A stretch of DNA of 64,000 nt from Candidatus Fervidifonticultor tertius (GTDB taxonomy: Bacteria > Sysuimicrobiota > Sysuimicrobiia > Sysuimicrobiales > Humicultoraceae). A program made the position numbers and the translations under genes. Below are positions 1 through 8,867 of the stretch, piece after piece. Each line of letters starts with the position of its first letter. Positions within the stretch are counted from its first letter, which is position 1. Under the pieces are notes generated by a model. That model saw only the letters and a program-made list of their open reading frames with translations, searched no databases and was not told where the DNA came from. The stretch spans positions 2,067-66,066 of the forward strand of contig JAVKIY010000006.1 of NCBI GenBank assembly GCA_031459235.1, written 5' to 3'.

Positions 1-1271
1 TGCGCGTCGGCGAGGAGCGGCTTGCGGTCGCGCACGACCTGACGGCCATCCACCCAGACGTGCCGAACGTCCATCCCCTTCGCCGAATAGACGAGCGTGG
101 CCGGCAGGTTCGCCCAGGGCTGCAGGTGGAGTCCCTCGGTCGCCAGCGCGACAACGTCGGCGCGCTTGCCCGCCTCGAGGCTCCCGATGAGGTCCCCAAG
201 GCCCAGGGCCTCCGCGGCGTCCACCGTGACCATCGCCAGGAGGCGGTCCACCGGCATGGCCTCGGGCGCGCCGGCCGCCACCTTGTTCAGCAGCCCGGCG
301 CACTTCATCTCGTCGAGCAGGTCCATACCATTGTTGGTGGGCGCCCAGTCCGTGGCCAGCGCGACCCGGGCGCCCCGCCGCAGCATCTCGACCGCCGGCG
401 CGACGCGGCCTTCCACCTTCGCGTTGCTCGCCGGGCAGTGCGCGACCCAGGTACCGGTCCGTGCCAGCAGCCCGATCTCCTCGTCGTCGACGTAGAGGCA
501 GTGCGCCGCGACGACGTCCGGACCGAGCAGCCCGACCGCCGCCAGGGCCCGCACCGACCCCTCGTACCCGCGCGAGCGCATCGCGGCCACCTCGGCCTGC
601 GACTGGGCGCAGTGAATGAACACGCGCGCACCGGTCCGGTCGGCGAGCGCTCGGATGCGGCGCAGCAGGTCATCAGAGCAGGTGTTGGGCGCGTGCGGAC
701 CGATGCCGCAGTGGACACGCCGCTCGCGATCGACACCCCAACGGTCGATCAGTGCCATCGCCTGATCCCACTCCAGGGACCGGCCGACATCCCAGAGCGT
801 GTGGCAGACGACGGCACGGATGCCGATCCGGTCGAAGGCCGGAGCGATGATCGCCATGTCCGAGAGCCGGTCGGCGATGCAGGTGATGCCATTGGCCAGC
901 ATCTCGAGACCGCCTAGCATCGCGCCCCAGTAGTAGTCCTCGGGCACGGCCCTGTCCATGAACGGCAGCCCGTAGGTGACGCCCCAGGCCTCTCGCGGAC
1001 GGTCCTCGGCCACGCCGCGGAACATCGACAGGGCCGCGTGGGTGTGCGCGTTGACGAGGCCGGGGAGGATGAGCAACCCGCGGCAGTCGACGGCGCGATC
1101 ACCCGGGCGTGGCGTCCAGGACGCCTCGGGCCCGACGTATGCGAGGCGATGACCCTCGATGACGACCGCGCCCGGCGAGTAGACGCGCCGTCGAGGGTCC
1201 ATCGTCAGGACGGTCCCGCCGCGCAGGACCTGGCGCGCGCCCGAACCGCCCGTCGTGCCCGCGTTCGTCAC
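1..1271 (-). CDS. Amidohydrolase-superfamily deaminase/chlorohydrolase (MTA/SAH deaminase-, guanine deaminase- or chlorohydrolase-like); C-terminus runs off the left edge
   Basis: Absent from the ORF track because no stop lies in the window. Own minus-strand translation: GTG at 1271 preceded by GAGGAG. N-terminus VTNAGTTGG..VLRGGTVLTMDP..ILPGLVNAHTHAALSMFRGVAED (HxH metal motif). Mid-protein DYYWGAMLGGLEML. At the edge TLVYSAKGMDVRHVWVDGRQVVRDRKPLLADA. Both ends share one reading frame. Confidence 0.85.
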   Translation of the reverse strand, partial: MTNAGTTGGSGARQVLRGGTVLTMDPRRRVYSPGAVVIEGHRLAYVGPEASWTPRPGDRAVDCRGLLILPGLVNAHTHAALSMFRGVAEDRPREAWGVTYGLPFMDRAVPEDYYWGAMLGGLEMLANGITCIADRLSDMAIIAPAFDRIGIRAVVCHTLWDVGRSLEWDQAMALIDRWGVDRERRVHCGIGPHAPNTCSDDLLRRIRALADRTGARVFIHCAQSQAEVAAMRSRGYEGSVRALAAVGLLGPDVVAAHCLYVDDEEIGLLARTGTWVAHCPASNAKVEGRVAPAVEMLRRGARVALATDWAPTNNGMDLLDEMKCAGLLNKVAAGAPEAMPVDRLLAMVTVDAAEALGLGDLIGSLEAGKRADVVALATEGLHLQPWANLPATLVYSAKGMDVRHVWVDGRQVVRDRKPLLADA

Positions 1272-1459
1272 CCAGTCGCTCCTCGCCTCGTGCGACGCCG
1301 CAGCACTTCCCAAGAAGCCGTCAAGAGGATTCACGCGACGACGACCCGAACTCCTCCGCGACCTGGCACGGACGGCCCTCGACGAACCTCTCGGGACTCG
1401 CGTCGCCGCAACGACCGGCCCCGGTTGACGACCGCCTGCAGGATCCAGTCCACGGCGAG

Positions 1460-2521
1460 GTGATGGAAATGACGCGCGATCAGCTCACGCTCGTTGCGCC
1501 CGCGCTCAGCCGGCGGGCGTTCTTGCGTCTGGGAGGCGCGGCGGCGCTGGTCGCAGCCGGCGGCCGGCTCGCGCGCGTCCTGCCGGCTTCCGCCCAGAGC
1601 GTGACGTCGGTCTCGACCCAGCTGGGGTGGCTCGCGAGCGTAGCCGCGGCCGGCGACTTCGTCGCCATCGAGAAGGGCTACTATCGCGACGCCGGCATCG
1701 ACGTGCGTATCCAGCCCGGGGGTCCGGCCATCGACCCGATCCAGAACGTGGCGAGCGGCGCCGCCGTCTTCGGAAACGCGGCGTCCAACGGCATCCTCGT
1801 CAACGCCCGGGCCCAGGGCCTCCCGCTGCGGGCCTTCGGCACGGTGCTCCAGCGCCACCCGTTCGCGTTCTTCTACCTCCAGGAGTCCGGGATTCGCACG
1901 CCCCGCGACTTCGAGGGCAAGACCATCGGCATCCAGCCCACGGCGCGCCCGCTGCTCCAGGCCGTGCTGAAGCGGCACCAGATCGCCGAGGACCGGGTCC
2001 GCGTCGTCTTCGTGGGCGGCGACATCTCCCCGCTGCTGGTCAAGCGGGTGGACGTAATCACCGGTTGGGTCGTCGACCGGCTGCCGCAGTTCGAGAACCA
2101 GGGCTTCGGCGGCTCGATCAGATACCTGCGCCTGTGGGACCTGGGCATCCGGATGTACGCCTACGTGTACTTCACCACCGACCAGGTCCTGCGCGACCGG
2201 CGCGATCTCGTGACGCGCTTCCTGAGCGCGAGCGCGAAGGGCTGGATGTACGCCCGGGAGCAGCCGGTCGAGGCGGCCGACATCGTCATCCGGCGCACGA
2301 CCGGGCTCGACCGCAGCATCGAGCTCCGGACGCTGCAGAACCAGATTCCCTACATGACCTCCATCGCGACCAGGCAGCGCGGGTGGGGCTACATGGAGCC
2401 GAAAGTCTGGAGCGATCTGATCGAGACCTACCGCGCGCTGGATCAGATCCCCAAGACGGTCGCGGTCGACGAGGTGGCGACCAACGAGTTCGTCGAGATG
2501 GCCAAGACGCCGAAGGTGTAG
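1460..2521 (+). CDS. NMT1/THI5-like (SsuA/TauA-type) ABC substrate-binding protein with Tat signal
   Basis: 353-aa ORF. Twin-arginine signal SRRAFLRLGGAAALVAAG, then QLGWL..AAGDFVAIEKGYYRDAGIDV, typical of NMT1-type binding proteins. The start is ambiguous (GTG 1460, ATG 1463, ATG 1469); the GAGGTG SD favours 1469. Confidence 0.85.
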   Translation: MMEMTRDQLTLVAPALSRRAFLRLGGAAALVAAGGRLARVLPASAQSVTSVSTQLGWLASVAAAGDFVAIEKGYYRDAGIDVRIQPGGPAIDPIQNVASGAAVFGNAASNGILVNARAQGLPLRAFGTVLQRHPFAFFYLQESGIRTPRDFEGKTIGIQPTARPLLQAVLKRHQIAEDRVRVVFVGGDISPLLVKRVDVITGWVVDRLPQFENQGFGGSIRYLRLWDLGIRMYAYVYFTTDQVLRDRRDLVTRFLSASAKGWMYAREQPVEAADIVIRRTTGLDRSIELRTLQNQIPYMTSIATRQRGWGYMEPKVWSDLIETYRALDQIPKTVAVDEVATNEFVEMAKTPKV

Positions 2522-2530
2522 GTCGAGCGC

Positions 2531-3841
2531 ATGCGCACCGCCACGGACTACCGCGCCCTGCCGCTCGCCGGCGAGTGCGATGTGCTGGTCGTCGGCGGCG
2601 GCGCCGCGGGGGTATGCGCGGCGGTGGCCGCGGCCCGCAATGGCGCGCGGACGGTGCTGCTGGAGCGTAACCCGTTCCTCGGCGGCCGCGCGACCGCGAG
2701 CATGGTGCTCGTGCTCGACGACTACACGGACGGCCAGCAGATCACCGTCAAGGGCCTGGCGACCGAGTACGCGGAGCGCCTGAAGGCGGTGCAAGGGGCG
2801 GTGGACATCCCACCCGAGGCATGGACGCCGGAGAACCGGGGCCCCGATTCTCCCGACTACGACCTGTGGGCGTCGTGGGGGTTCCTCTACTACTTCGTAC
2901 CCGAGCCCCGACCCCTCACGTACGCGGTCTCGTTCGACCCCGAGGCGTACAAGCGGGTCTCCGAGGAGATGCTGCTGGAAGCCGGGGTGAAGTTCTCGCT
3001 GTTCACCGACATGCTCGACGTCGTGAAGGCCGACTCGCGCATCGTCGAGGTCGTGGCGCGGCGCCGCAACGGGCTCGTCCGCCTGGCGGCGCGGCAGGTG
3101 ATCGACGCCTCCGGCGACGGCGACGTCATGGCCGCCGCCGGCACGCCGTTCGTCCACGGCAAGTACATGGTCACGCTGGTCCACCGCTACGGCGGCATCG
3201 ACATCGACCGGTGGATGGCGTTCGAGAAGCAGCACCCCGGGCACGCGAAGGAACTCAACCGCGAGGTGCGTAGTCTCTACGGCGGCTCGTGGGACCGCTG
3301 GTGGATGCGGACGACCCTCCCCGGGGTCGTCTGGGTCAACGCCCCGCACCTGACCGGCTACGACGCGATCGACTCGGAGGACCTCACCCAGGCCACGCTC
3401 GAGGCGCGGCGTCGCATCTGGAAGGCGTTCGAGTTCATCCGCCGCCACCTTCCCGGGTGGGAGCACTGTTACCTGATCGACACGTGCGCCGAGCTCGGCA
3501 TGCGGCAGAGCCGGCTGCTCCAGGGACAGTACGTCGTCACGAAAGACGATGTGTTCAACGGGAACCGGTTCCCCGACAGCATCGGCATGGGCCGCAACTA
3601 CCACATGCCTTACCGCAGCATGGTGCCGGTGGACGTCCGCAACCTGCTGGTGGCGGGCCGGTGCTTCTCCTGCGAGCCCGGCGCCCAGCGCTCCGCCCGC
3701 GAGATCCCGCCGTGCATGGTCCTCGGTCAGGCCGCGGGCACGGCCGCGGCGCTGGCGGTCGCGCAGGACGTGGCGGTGCAGGACGTGGACATCGCGGAGC
3801 TCCAGCGCAGGCTCAGAAAGGACGGGGCGTACATCGTATGA
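2531..3841 (+). CDS. FAD-dependent oxidoreductase (FAD_oxidored/PF12831-like)
   Basis: 436 aa. N-terminal dinucleotide fold DVLVVGGGAAGVCAAVAAARNGARTVLLER. High GC3 coding bias. The stop overlaps the next start (ATGA at 3838-3841). Confidence 0.85.
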   Translation: MRTATDYRALPLAGECDVLVVGGGAAGVCAAVAAARNGARTVLLERNPFLGGRATASMVLVLDDYTDGQQITVKGLATEYAERLKAVQGAVDIPPEAWTPENRGPDSPDYDLWASWGFLYYFVPEPRPLTYAVSFDPEAYKRVSEEMLLEAGVKFSLFTDMLDVVKADSRIVEVVARRRNGLVRLAARQVIDASGDGDVMAAAGTPFVHGKYMVTLVHRYGGIDIDRWMAFEKQHPGHAKELNREVRSLYGGSWDRWWMRTTLPGVVWVNAPHLTGYDAIDSEDLTQATLEARRRIWKAFEFIRRHLPGWEHCYLIDTCAELGMRQSRLLQGQYVVTKDDVFNGNRFPDSIGMGRNYHMPYRSMVPVDVRNLLVAGRCFSCEPGAQRSAREIPPCMVLGQAAGTAAALAVAQDVAVQDVDIAELQRRLRKDGAYIV

Positions 3842-5319
3842 GCGCACGGGCGGTCCAGACCACGCGGGAGTGCCTGCACCTGATCGGCGGCCGCTGGGTC
3901 CCCTCGGCGTCGGGCCAGACCTTCGAGGACCGCAACCCGGCGAACGCGGCGGACGTGGTCGCCACCTTCCCGGTCGGCGGCCGCGAGGAGGCGACCGCCG
4001 CGGTCGAGGCCGCCGCCGCGGCCTACCCTGCCTGGAGTCACGAGGCGCCCAACCGCCGCGCGGCCGTGCTGCTCCGCGCGGCCGCGGTCCTCCGCGGCCG
4101 GCTCGAGGAGGTCACGCGCGACTTCGTCCGCGAGGAGGGCAAGCCGATCACCGAGGCGCGCGCGGAGGTCCTCCGCGCCGCCGAGGTCCTCGAGTACTTC
4201 GCGGGCGAAGCGCCGCGGATGAGCGGCGAGACGCTCCCCTCGTCCCGGCCCGGCGTCTTCCTCTACACCCTGCGCCGGCCGCTGGGCGTGGTCGGCGTCA
4301 TCACCCCGTGGAACTTCCCGATCGCGATCCCGGCGTGGAAGATCGCGCCCGCGCTCGCCTGCGGCAACACCGTGGTCTTCAAGCCCGCCTCGCAGGCGCC
4401 GCTGTCGGGCTGGTACCTGGCCCAGGCGCTGCACGAGGCCGGCTTGCCGGCCGGCGTGCTGAACCTCGTGACCGGCCCGGGCGGCGCGGTCGGTGGTACC
4501 ATCATCGACCACCCGGCGGTACGCGCCATTTCGTTCACCGGCTCCACCGAGATCGGTACTCGCGTTTACCAGGCGGGCTCGCAGCGTACCGCCCGGGTGC
4601 AGTGCGAAATGGGCGGCAAGAACCCGCTGGTGGTGCTCGCCGACGCGGACCTCGACCTGGCGGTGCGGCTCGCCGTCGAGGGCGCTTTCTCCGGTACCGG
4701 GCAGAAGTGCACGGCCACCAGCCGCGTCATCGTGGAGCGCCCCGTGCACGACGCCTTCCTGCGCCGGCTCGTCGAGGCGACGCGCGCGCTCGTCGTCGGC
4801 GACCCGCTCGACGAGCGAACGTTCGTCGGCCCGACCGTGGACGAGGCGCAGATGGCCAAGGTCCTCGAGTACGTGGAGATCGGGCGGCGCGAGGGCGCGG
4901 AGTTGCTCTGCGGCGGCACGCGCCTCACCGAGGGCGACCTGGGCCGCGGCTACTTCGTCGCGCCCGCGGTCTTCGCGGGGGTCCGGCCGGAGATGCGCAT
5001 CGCCCGGGAGGAGATCTTCGGCCCGGTCGTCGGTGTCATGCCGGCTGAGGACTTCGACGACGCCGTCGCGCTCGCCAACCAGACGCAGTTCGGGCTCTCG
5101 GCGAGCATCGTGACCGGCAGCCTGGCGCGAGCCCACGCGTTCACCGAGCGCGTCGAGGCCGGGCTGGTGATGGTCAACCTGCCCACCGTCGGCGTGGAGT
5201 ACCAGGCGCCGTTCGGCGGCACAAAGGCCTCGGGCACGGCGTTCAAGGAGCAGGGGAAGGCCGCGGTCGAGTTCTACACCGAGACGCGGACCGTGGCGCT
5301 GCGGCCGGCAGGGGCCTAG
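3838..5319 (+). CDS. NAD(P)-dependent aldehyde dehydrogenase
   Basis: Internal ATG 3838 of ORF 3289..5319 (MSARAVQTTRECLHLIGGRW). ALDH motifs VITPWNFP, FTGSTEIG, catalytic EMGGKNP and GQKCTATSR, and EEIFGPV. Confidence 0.95.
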   Translation: MSARAVQTTRECLHLIGGRWVPSASGQTFEDRNPANAADVVATFPVGGREEATAAVEAAAAAYPAWSHEAPNRRAAVLLRAAAVLRGRLEEVTRDFVREEGKPITEARAEVLRAAEVLEYFAGEAPRMSGETLPSSRPGVFLYTLRRPLGVVGVITPWNFPIAIPAWKIAPALACGNTVVFKPASQAPLSGWYLAQALHEAGLPAGVLNLVTGPGGAVGGTIIDHPAVRAISFTGSTEIGTRVYQAGSQRTARVQCEMGGKNPLVVLADADLDLAVRLAVEGAFSGTGQKCTATSRVIVERPVHDAFLRRLVEATRALVVGDPLDERTFVGPTVDEAQMAKVLEYVEIGRREGAELLCGGTRLTEGDLGRGYFVAPAVFAGVRPEMRIAREEIFGPVVGVMPAEDFDDAVALANQTQFGLSASIVTGSLARAHAFTERVEAGLVMVNLPTVGVEYQAPFGGTKASGTAFKEQGKAAVEFYTETRTVALRPAGA

Positions 5320-5372
5320 CACCGCGCCGGCGTTGGCCCGGCCCGCGGCGCGGAAGACGGTTCCTCGGGTGG

Positions 5373-5777
5373 CTACGGCCGAATCGCAAAGCGGCCGTAC
5401 TGGCGAAAGTGATCGTCGAAGGTGAAGACCGCCTCGAGACCCAGTCGCTCCATCAGGGCGAAACTCGTGCAGTCGGTGAAGCTGAAGTCCTTGTCTGCGA
5501 AGCCTCGGAAGATCCGCCAGGCCACCTCGATGACGTCCGAGGTGAGGTACTCGACCCGGAGCACCCGGCTGGCCCGTATGTCTTCGCCGAACTGAACGGC
5601 AACCGCATGCCCGGCACGCAGCCGCATCAGCGTGTACGTTTCGTCGAGGACGTAGTCGCTGGTTACGAACGCCTGTCCTTGCTCCAGTGCTGCGGTGCGG
5701 AATGCGAGAGCCGCATTGTGGTGAGCGTCGCGTCGATTCTCCACGGCGAGAAAGGCGGCCGTGTCCACGAAGATCAT
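5373..5777 (-). CDS. vapC: PIN-domain toxin VapC (module 1)
   Basis: 134 aa. PIN acidic residues occur in MIFVDT, LDETYT, SFTDCTS and FTFDDHF. ATGA overlap with the upstream antitoxin gene. Confidence 0.85.
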   Translation of the reverse strand: MIFVDTAAFLAVENRRDAHHNAALAFRTAALEQGQAFVTSDYVLDETYTLMRLRAGHAVAVQFGEDIRASRVLRVEYLTSDVIEVAWRIFRGFADKDFSFTDCTSFALMERLGLEAVFTFDDHFRQYGRFAIRP

Positions 5778-6031
5778 CCGTCTCCTCGCGGCGGGTAGAG
5801 ATACCGATCGTGTCGCTCTGCCAGGTCCGATGGCCCCTCGAAGGAACCGCTTCGGCGGGCGAATGGATCCTCGTGGTAGGCGTTCCGGACATTTTCGGGA
5901 GGCCGGGCGCGGCGTTCGGCGATGAGTTGCCTGATGAGGGCGGAAACCGTGGTGCCCCTTGATGCGGCTTCTCTCCGCAGGAACTCGTGCTGGTCGATAG
6001 GGAGCTCAATGGTCAAACGCTTGGTAGCCAT
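5774..6031 (-). CDS. vapB: Ribbon-helix-helix antitoxin, VapB-like (module 1)
   Basis: 85 aa. N-terminal RHH-like KRLTIELPIDQHEFLRREAASRGTTVSALIRQLI. AGGGG SD 6 nt upstream of ATG 6031. Lies directly upstream of and overlaps vapC. Confidence 0.8.
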   Translation of the reverse strand: MATKRLTIELPIDQHEFLRREAASRGTTVSALIRQLIAERRARPPENVRNAYHEDPFARRSGSFEGPSDLAERHDRYLYPPRGDG

Positions 6032-6048
6032 AACACCCCTGCAGGCAC

Positions 6049-6075
6049 GTACACACGTACATCTGTACAGTTACA
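6049..6075 (-). repeat. Operator-like direct repeats in the vapBC-1 leader: GTACA x3 at 8-bp spacing plus GTTACA
   Basis: GTACA at 6049-53, 6057-61 and 6065-69; GTTACA at 6070-75; CTGTACAG (6063-70) is an 8-bp palindrome. The repeats lie between the predicted -10 and the SD of vapB. Confidence 0.6.
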
Positions 6076-6104
6076 TTATACCCAGTCGAGCAGTATCCAG
6101 TCAA
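6075..6104 (-). promoter_or_regulatory. sigma70-like promoter of vapBC-1 (minus strand TTGACT-18 nt-TATAAT)
   Basis: Forward agtcaa at 6099-6104 equals TTGACT on the minus strand. Forward attata at 6075-6080 equals TATAAT. The spacer is 18 nt. It sits in an AT-rich island about 45 nt upstream of ATG 6031. Confidence 0.55.
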
Positions 6105-6180
6105 TACGGACCGAACTCGTCCGAACGACCTCCCAGCCACCTCAGGTGACCTGGCCGGCGGGTAGCCACGCGGAGCGCGC

Positions 6181-7209
6181 CTAGCCGCCCCAGACCTGCC
6201 GCATCACGCGCAGCGAGTTGCCGCCGATGATCTTCTTGACGTCCTCGGGCCTGTAGCCCCGCTCTAGCAGCCGGCGCGTGATCTTGGGCCAGTCGCCCAG
6301 GCCCTCCTCGAGCCCCTGCATCGCCGGGAACTCCGGGAACTTCTGGTGGAAACCGCCGGTGGTGCCCGGGTAGTGGCGCCGCAGCGAGGCCCGCAACTCC
6401 GGCGGGTAGGCGCCCTTCGTCGCCTCGGAGTCGGTGCCGATCGCGACGTGGTCCACTCCCACCAGGTTGACGGCGTAGTCGATGCAGTCCACGAACTCGT
6501 CGATCGTCGGCGGCGCCTCGCCCCCGCGCCAGTTCAGGGCCGGGAACGACGAGCAGCCCACCAGGCCCCCCCGCGCCGCGACGGCCTTCATTTGCTCGTC
6601 GCTGATGTTGCGCGGCACGGGCACGAGCGCGTAGGGGTTCGAGTGTGTGAACACGCACGGCTTCTCCGAGACCTCGATGGCCTCCAGCGAGGTGCGCCGT
6701 CCGACGTGGCTGAGGTCGATCAGGATGCCCACGCGGTTCATCTCGCGGATCACCGCGCGCCCGAACTTGCTGAGGCCCGCGTCGGTGTCCTCGAAGACGC
6801 CGTCGCCGATGTAGTTACGCGTGTTGTAGGTGAGCTGGACCGTCCGCACGCCCAGCCGCCAGAACGTCTCGACGCGCTCCAGACTCGACCCGATCGGCCG
6901 CGCGTTCTGGAAGGCCAGGATGATGCCGACGCGGCCCTCGTGCTTGAGCCGCTCGATGTGCGCGGCGCTCTCCACGATCGCCAGTTTGGGATCGCCCCGG
7001 ACGACCGCGTAGTACTCCTCGATGCGGCGGACCGCGGCCTCGAAGTCGTCATCGGGCCAGGGCGTGGTCACGTTGAGCGCGGTGACGCCGGCGCGCTCCA
7101 GTCGGTCGGTGTAGCCGCGGCAGAAGAACGTCGTGCCGTCGATGACGATGGACTCGCGGTGCAGCGCTTCCGCGGCCGACGCGGCCGGCGCGGCGCTCGG
7201 TGTGACCAT
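6181..7209 (-). CDS. Peptidase M19 (renal/membrane dipeptidase)-like protein, copy 1
   Basis: 342 aa. Motifs VQLTYNTRNYIGDG, ILIDLSHVG, VFTHSNP, HVAIGTD and GGNSLRV are typical of family M19. GAGGAGGG SD before ATG 7209. Confidence 0.9.
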   Translation of the reverse strand: MVTPSAAPAASAAEALHRESIVIDGTTFFCRGYTDRLERAGVTALNVTTPWPDDDFEAAVRRIEEYYAVVRGDPKLAIVESAAHIERLKHEGRVGIILAFQNARPIGSSLERVETFWRLGVRTVQLTYNTRNYIGDGVFEDTDAGLSKFGRAVIREMNRVGILIDLSHVGRRTSLEAIEVSEKPCVFTHSNPYALVPVPRNISDEQMKAVAARGGLVGCSSFPALNWRGGEAPPTIDEFVDCIDYAVNLVGVDHVAIGTDSEATKGAYPPELRASLRRHYPGTTGGFHQKFPEFPAMQGLEEGLGDWPKITRRLLERGYRPEDVKKIIGGNSLRVMRQVWGG

Positions 7210-7262
7210 GGGGTCCCTCCTCGATGCGATTCGGTACGATTCGGTCGGGGTGCAAAACGGAC

Positions 7263-7291
7263 GCGGGGCCCGGGACGAGCCCGGGCCCCGC
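7263..7291 (-). terminator. GC-rich intercistronic hairpin (attenuator/terminator-like) between the binding-protein gene and the M19 gene
   Basis: Perfect 12-bp stem gcggggcccggg / cccgggccccgc with a 5-nt loop. On the minus strand it is followed by GUCCGUUUUG (weak U tract). Confidence 0.35.
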
Positions 7292-7300
7292 GCGGCGTGC

Positions 7301-8842
7301 CTACCGCTTGTAGACCTTGGCGAAGTAGAGGAACTGGTCCTTGTGCGGCCGCCACCCGGCCACGCTCTTGCTCGTCGCGTAGATGTCCGATGGCGCGAAG
7401 AGCGGAACGCCGGTGGGGTCGTCCTGGAGCAGCTCGCTGATCTGCCGGTAGATGCGCAACCGGTCCTGGTCGCTCGCCATCCCCGCGGCGCGCACCACCA
7501 TCTCGTCGAAGTCCGGCCGGCACCAGTACGCGTACCGGAAGTTGCACATGAACTGCACGAAGAAGTAGTGGGCGTCCGGCGGCGGCAGCGAGCCCGAGTA
7601 GAACATGTCGCGCAGGCCGAGCTGGGAGAGCTGGGTCAGGAACTCGCCTGGTTCGAGGACTACCTGGCGCGTCCGCACGCCAACCCGCAGGAGCTGCGCC
7701 GCGATGACCTCGCTGATCTCCTTGTCCTGCGCGTACCGACCGTGCGGGTACTTGAACGTGATCTCGAACCCGTTGGGGAAGCCAGCCTCCGCCAGCATCC
7801 GCTTGGTCCGCTCGGGGTCATAGGGGTAGGGCTTCAGCCCCTGGATGTAGCCGAAGTACTCGGGGGTCAGCGGCTGAGCGTCGAGCTGGCGCGCACGTCC
7901 CTTCAGCACGGTCCGGATGATCGAGGGCGTGTCCACCGCGTACTGCAGCGCCTGGCGGACCTTCTTGTTCTGGAGCGGCCCCTCCCACTTGGAGGCCGTC
8001 GTGAGTCGGAAGATGCGCATCCCGCGGATGGCGTGCACCGCCAGGTTCGGGTCGTTGCTGACGCGGTCCACCGCGTCGAGCGGAATCTCGATCCCCAGGT
8101 CGATATCACCTGCCTGTAGCGCGGCCACGCGCGCCGCGCCTTCGGGGATGGGCCGGAAGATCAGGCGCCGGATGCGCGGCGCCCCGCCCCAGTAGTCGGT
8201 GTTCGCCTCGAAGACCACGCGGTCGTCCTTCACCCACTCGACGAACTTGTAGGGGCCGGTGCCGACCGGCGCGGTGCAGAACCCGCGCAGCAGCCCCACC
8301 CGCTCGGTGTACTGGGGCGGGTACTGGAAGGAACCGAGGGCGAGCGCCGACAGCATCAGCCGCTCGGAAGTCGGGCCCTTGCCCTTGATGTCCACAGTGT
8401 AGAGGTCGACGACCTCCACCCGGGAAAGGTGCGAGATGAACAGGGCCAGCGACGGTGCCCGCAGCATCTGCTCCAGGCTGTAACGCGCGCTGTTCGCGTT
8501 GAACTCCTCGCCGTTGGTGAAGCGCACGCCGCGGCGTAGGTGGACGCGCAGGGTGTCGGGCGCGGTCTTCTCCCAACGGATGGCGAGCTCGGGCGTGTAG
8601 CCGAGCGAGTCGGGCGAGAACTGGACCAGGCGCTCCACCACCTGGCCGCTCACGTTCTTGTCCTGCTGCGCCGTGCCGAACAGCGGCGAGAGGCATCGCG
8701 GGTCGAAACCCTGCGCCACGACCAGCGTGTCCTGCGGAACGCGCGGCGCGCCGCGGGCCGCCGGCAGGGCGCCCAGGCCCAGCGCGGCGAGCACCCCGAC
8801 GGTCATCACCAGGCGGAGGATGTGCGTGCGACTCGATCTCAT
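7301..8842 (-). CDS. ABC substrate-binding protein, family 5 (DppA/OppA-like), module 1
   Basis: Internal ATG 8842 (MRSSRTHILRLVMTVGVLAALGLGALPAARG signal peptide) with a GAAGGGGGG SD. Family-5 length and motifs (RFTNGEEFNA, GTGPYKFVEW). Confidence 0.9.
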   Translation of the reverse strand: MRSSRTHILRLVMTVGVLAALGLGALPAARGAPRVPQDTLVVAQGFDPRCLSPLFGTAQQDKNVSGQVVERLVQFSPDSLGYTPELAIRWEKTAPDTLRVHLRRGVRFTNGEEFNANSARYSLEQMLRAPSLALFISHLSRVEVVDLYTVDIKGKGPTSERLMLSALALGSFQYPPQYTERVGLLRGFCTAPVGTGPYKFVEWVKDDRVVFEANTDYWGGAPRIRRLIFRPIPEGAARVAALQAGDIDLGIEIPLDAVDRVSNDPNLAVHAIRGMRIFRLTTASKWEGPLQNKKVRQALQYAVDTPSIIRTVLKGRARQLDAQPLTPEYFGYIQGLKPYPYDPERTKRMLAEAGFPNGFEITFKYPHGRYAQDKEISEVIAAQLLRVGVRTRQVVLEPGEFLTQLSQLGLRDMFYSGSLPPPDAHYFFVQFMCNFRYAYWCRPDFDEMVVRAAGMASDQDRLRIYRQISELLQDDPTGVPLFAPSDIYATSKSVAGWRPHKDQFLYFAKVYKR

Positions 8843-8867
8843 CGTAACCCCCCTTCGTGCGGATTCA

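Noticed and set aside
1272-1459. Possible TPP (THI-box) riboswitch, because NMT1/THI5-like genes are often TPP-regulated
   Set aside because: I found no CUGAGA / ACCUGAUCUGGAUAAUGCCAGCG-like elements. Only a vague cctgcaggatccag resemblance is present.
1331-3847. 838-aa minus-strand ORF (similarly 3727..6009, 305..736 and 60..917)
   Set aside because: The translation is Arg/Pro/Gly/Ala-rich low-complexity noise. It runs antisense to ORFs with clear family motifs (NMT1 binding protein, FAD oxidoreductase, ALDH). This is a typical artefact of about 70% GC DNA, which lacks stop codons in off-frames.
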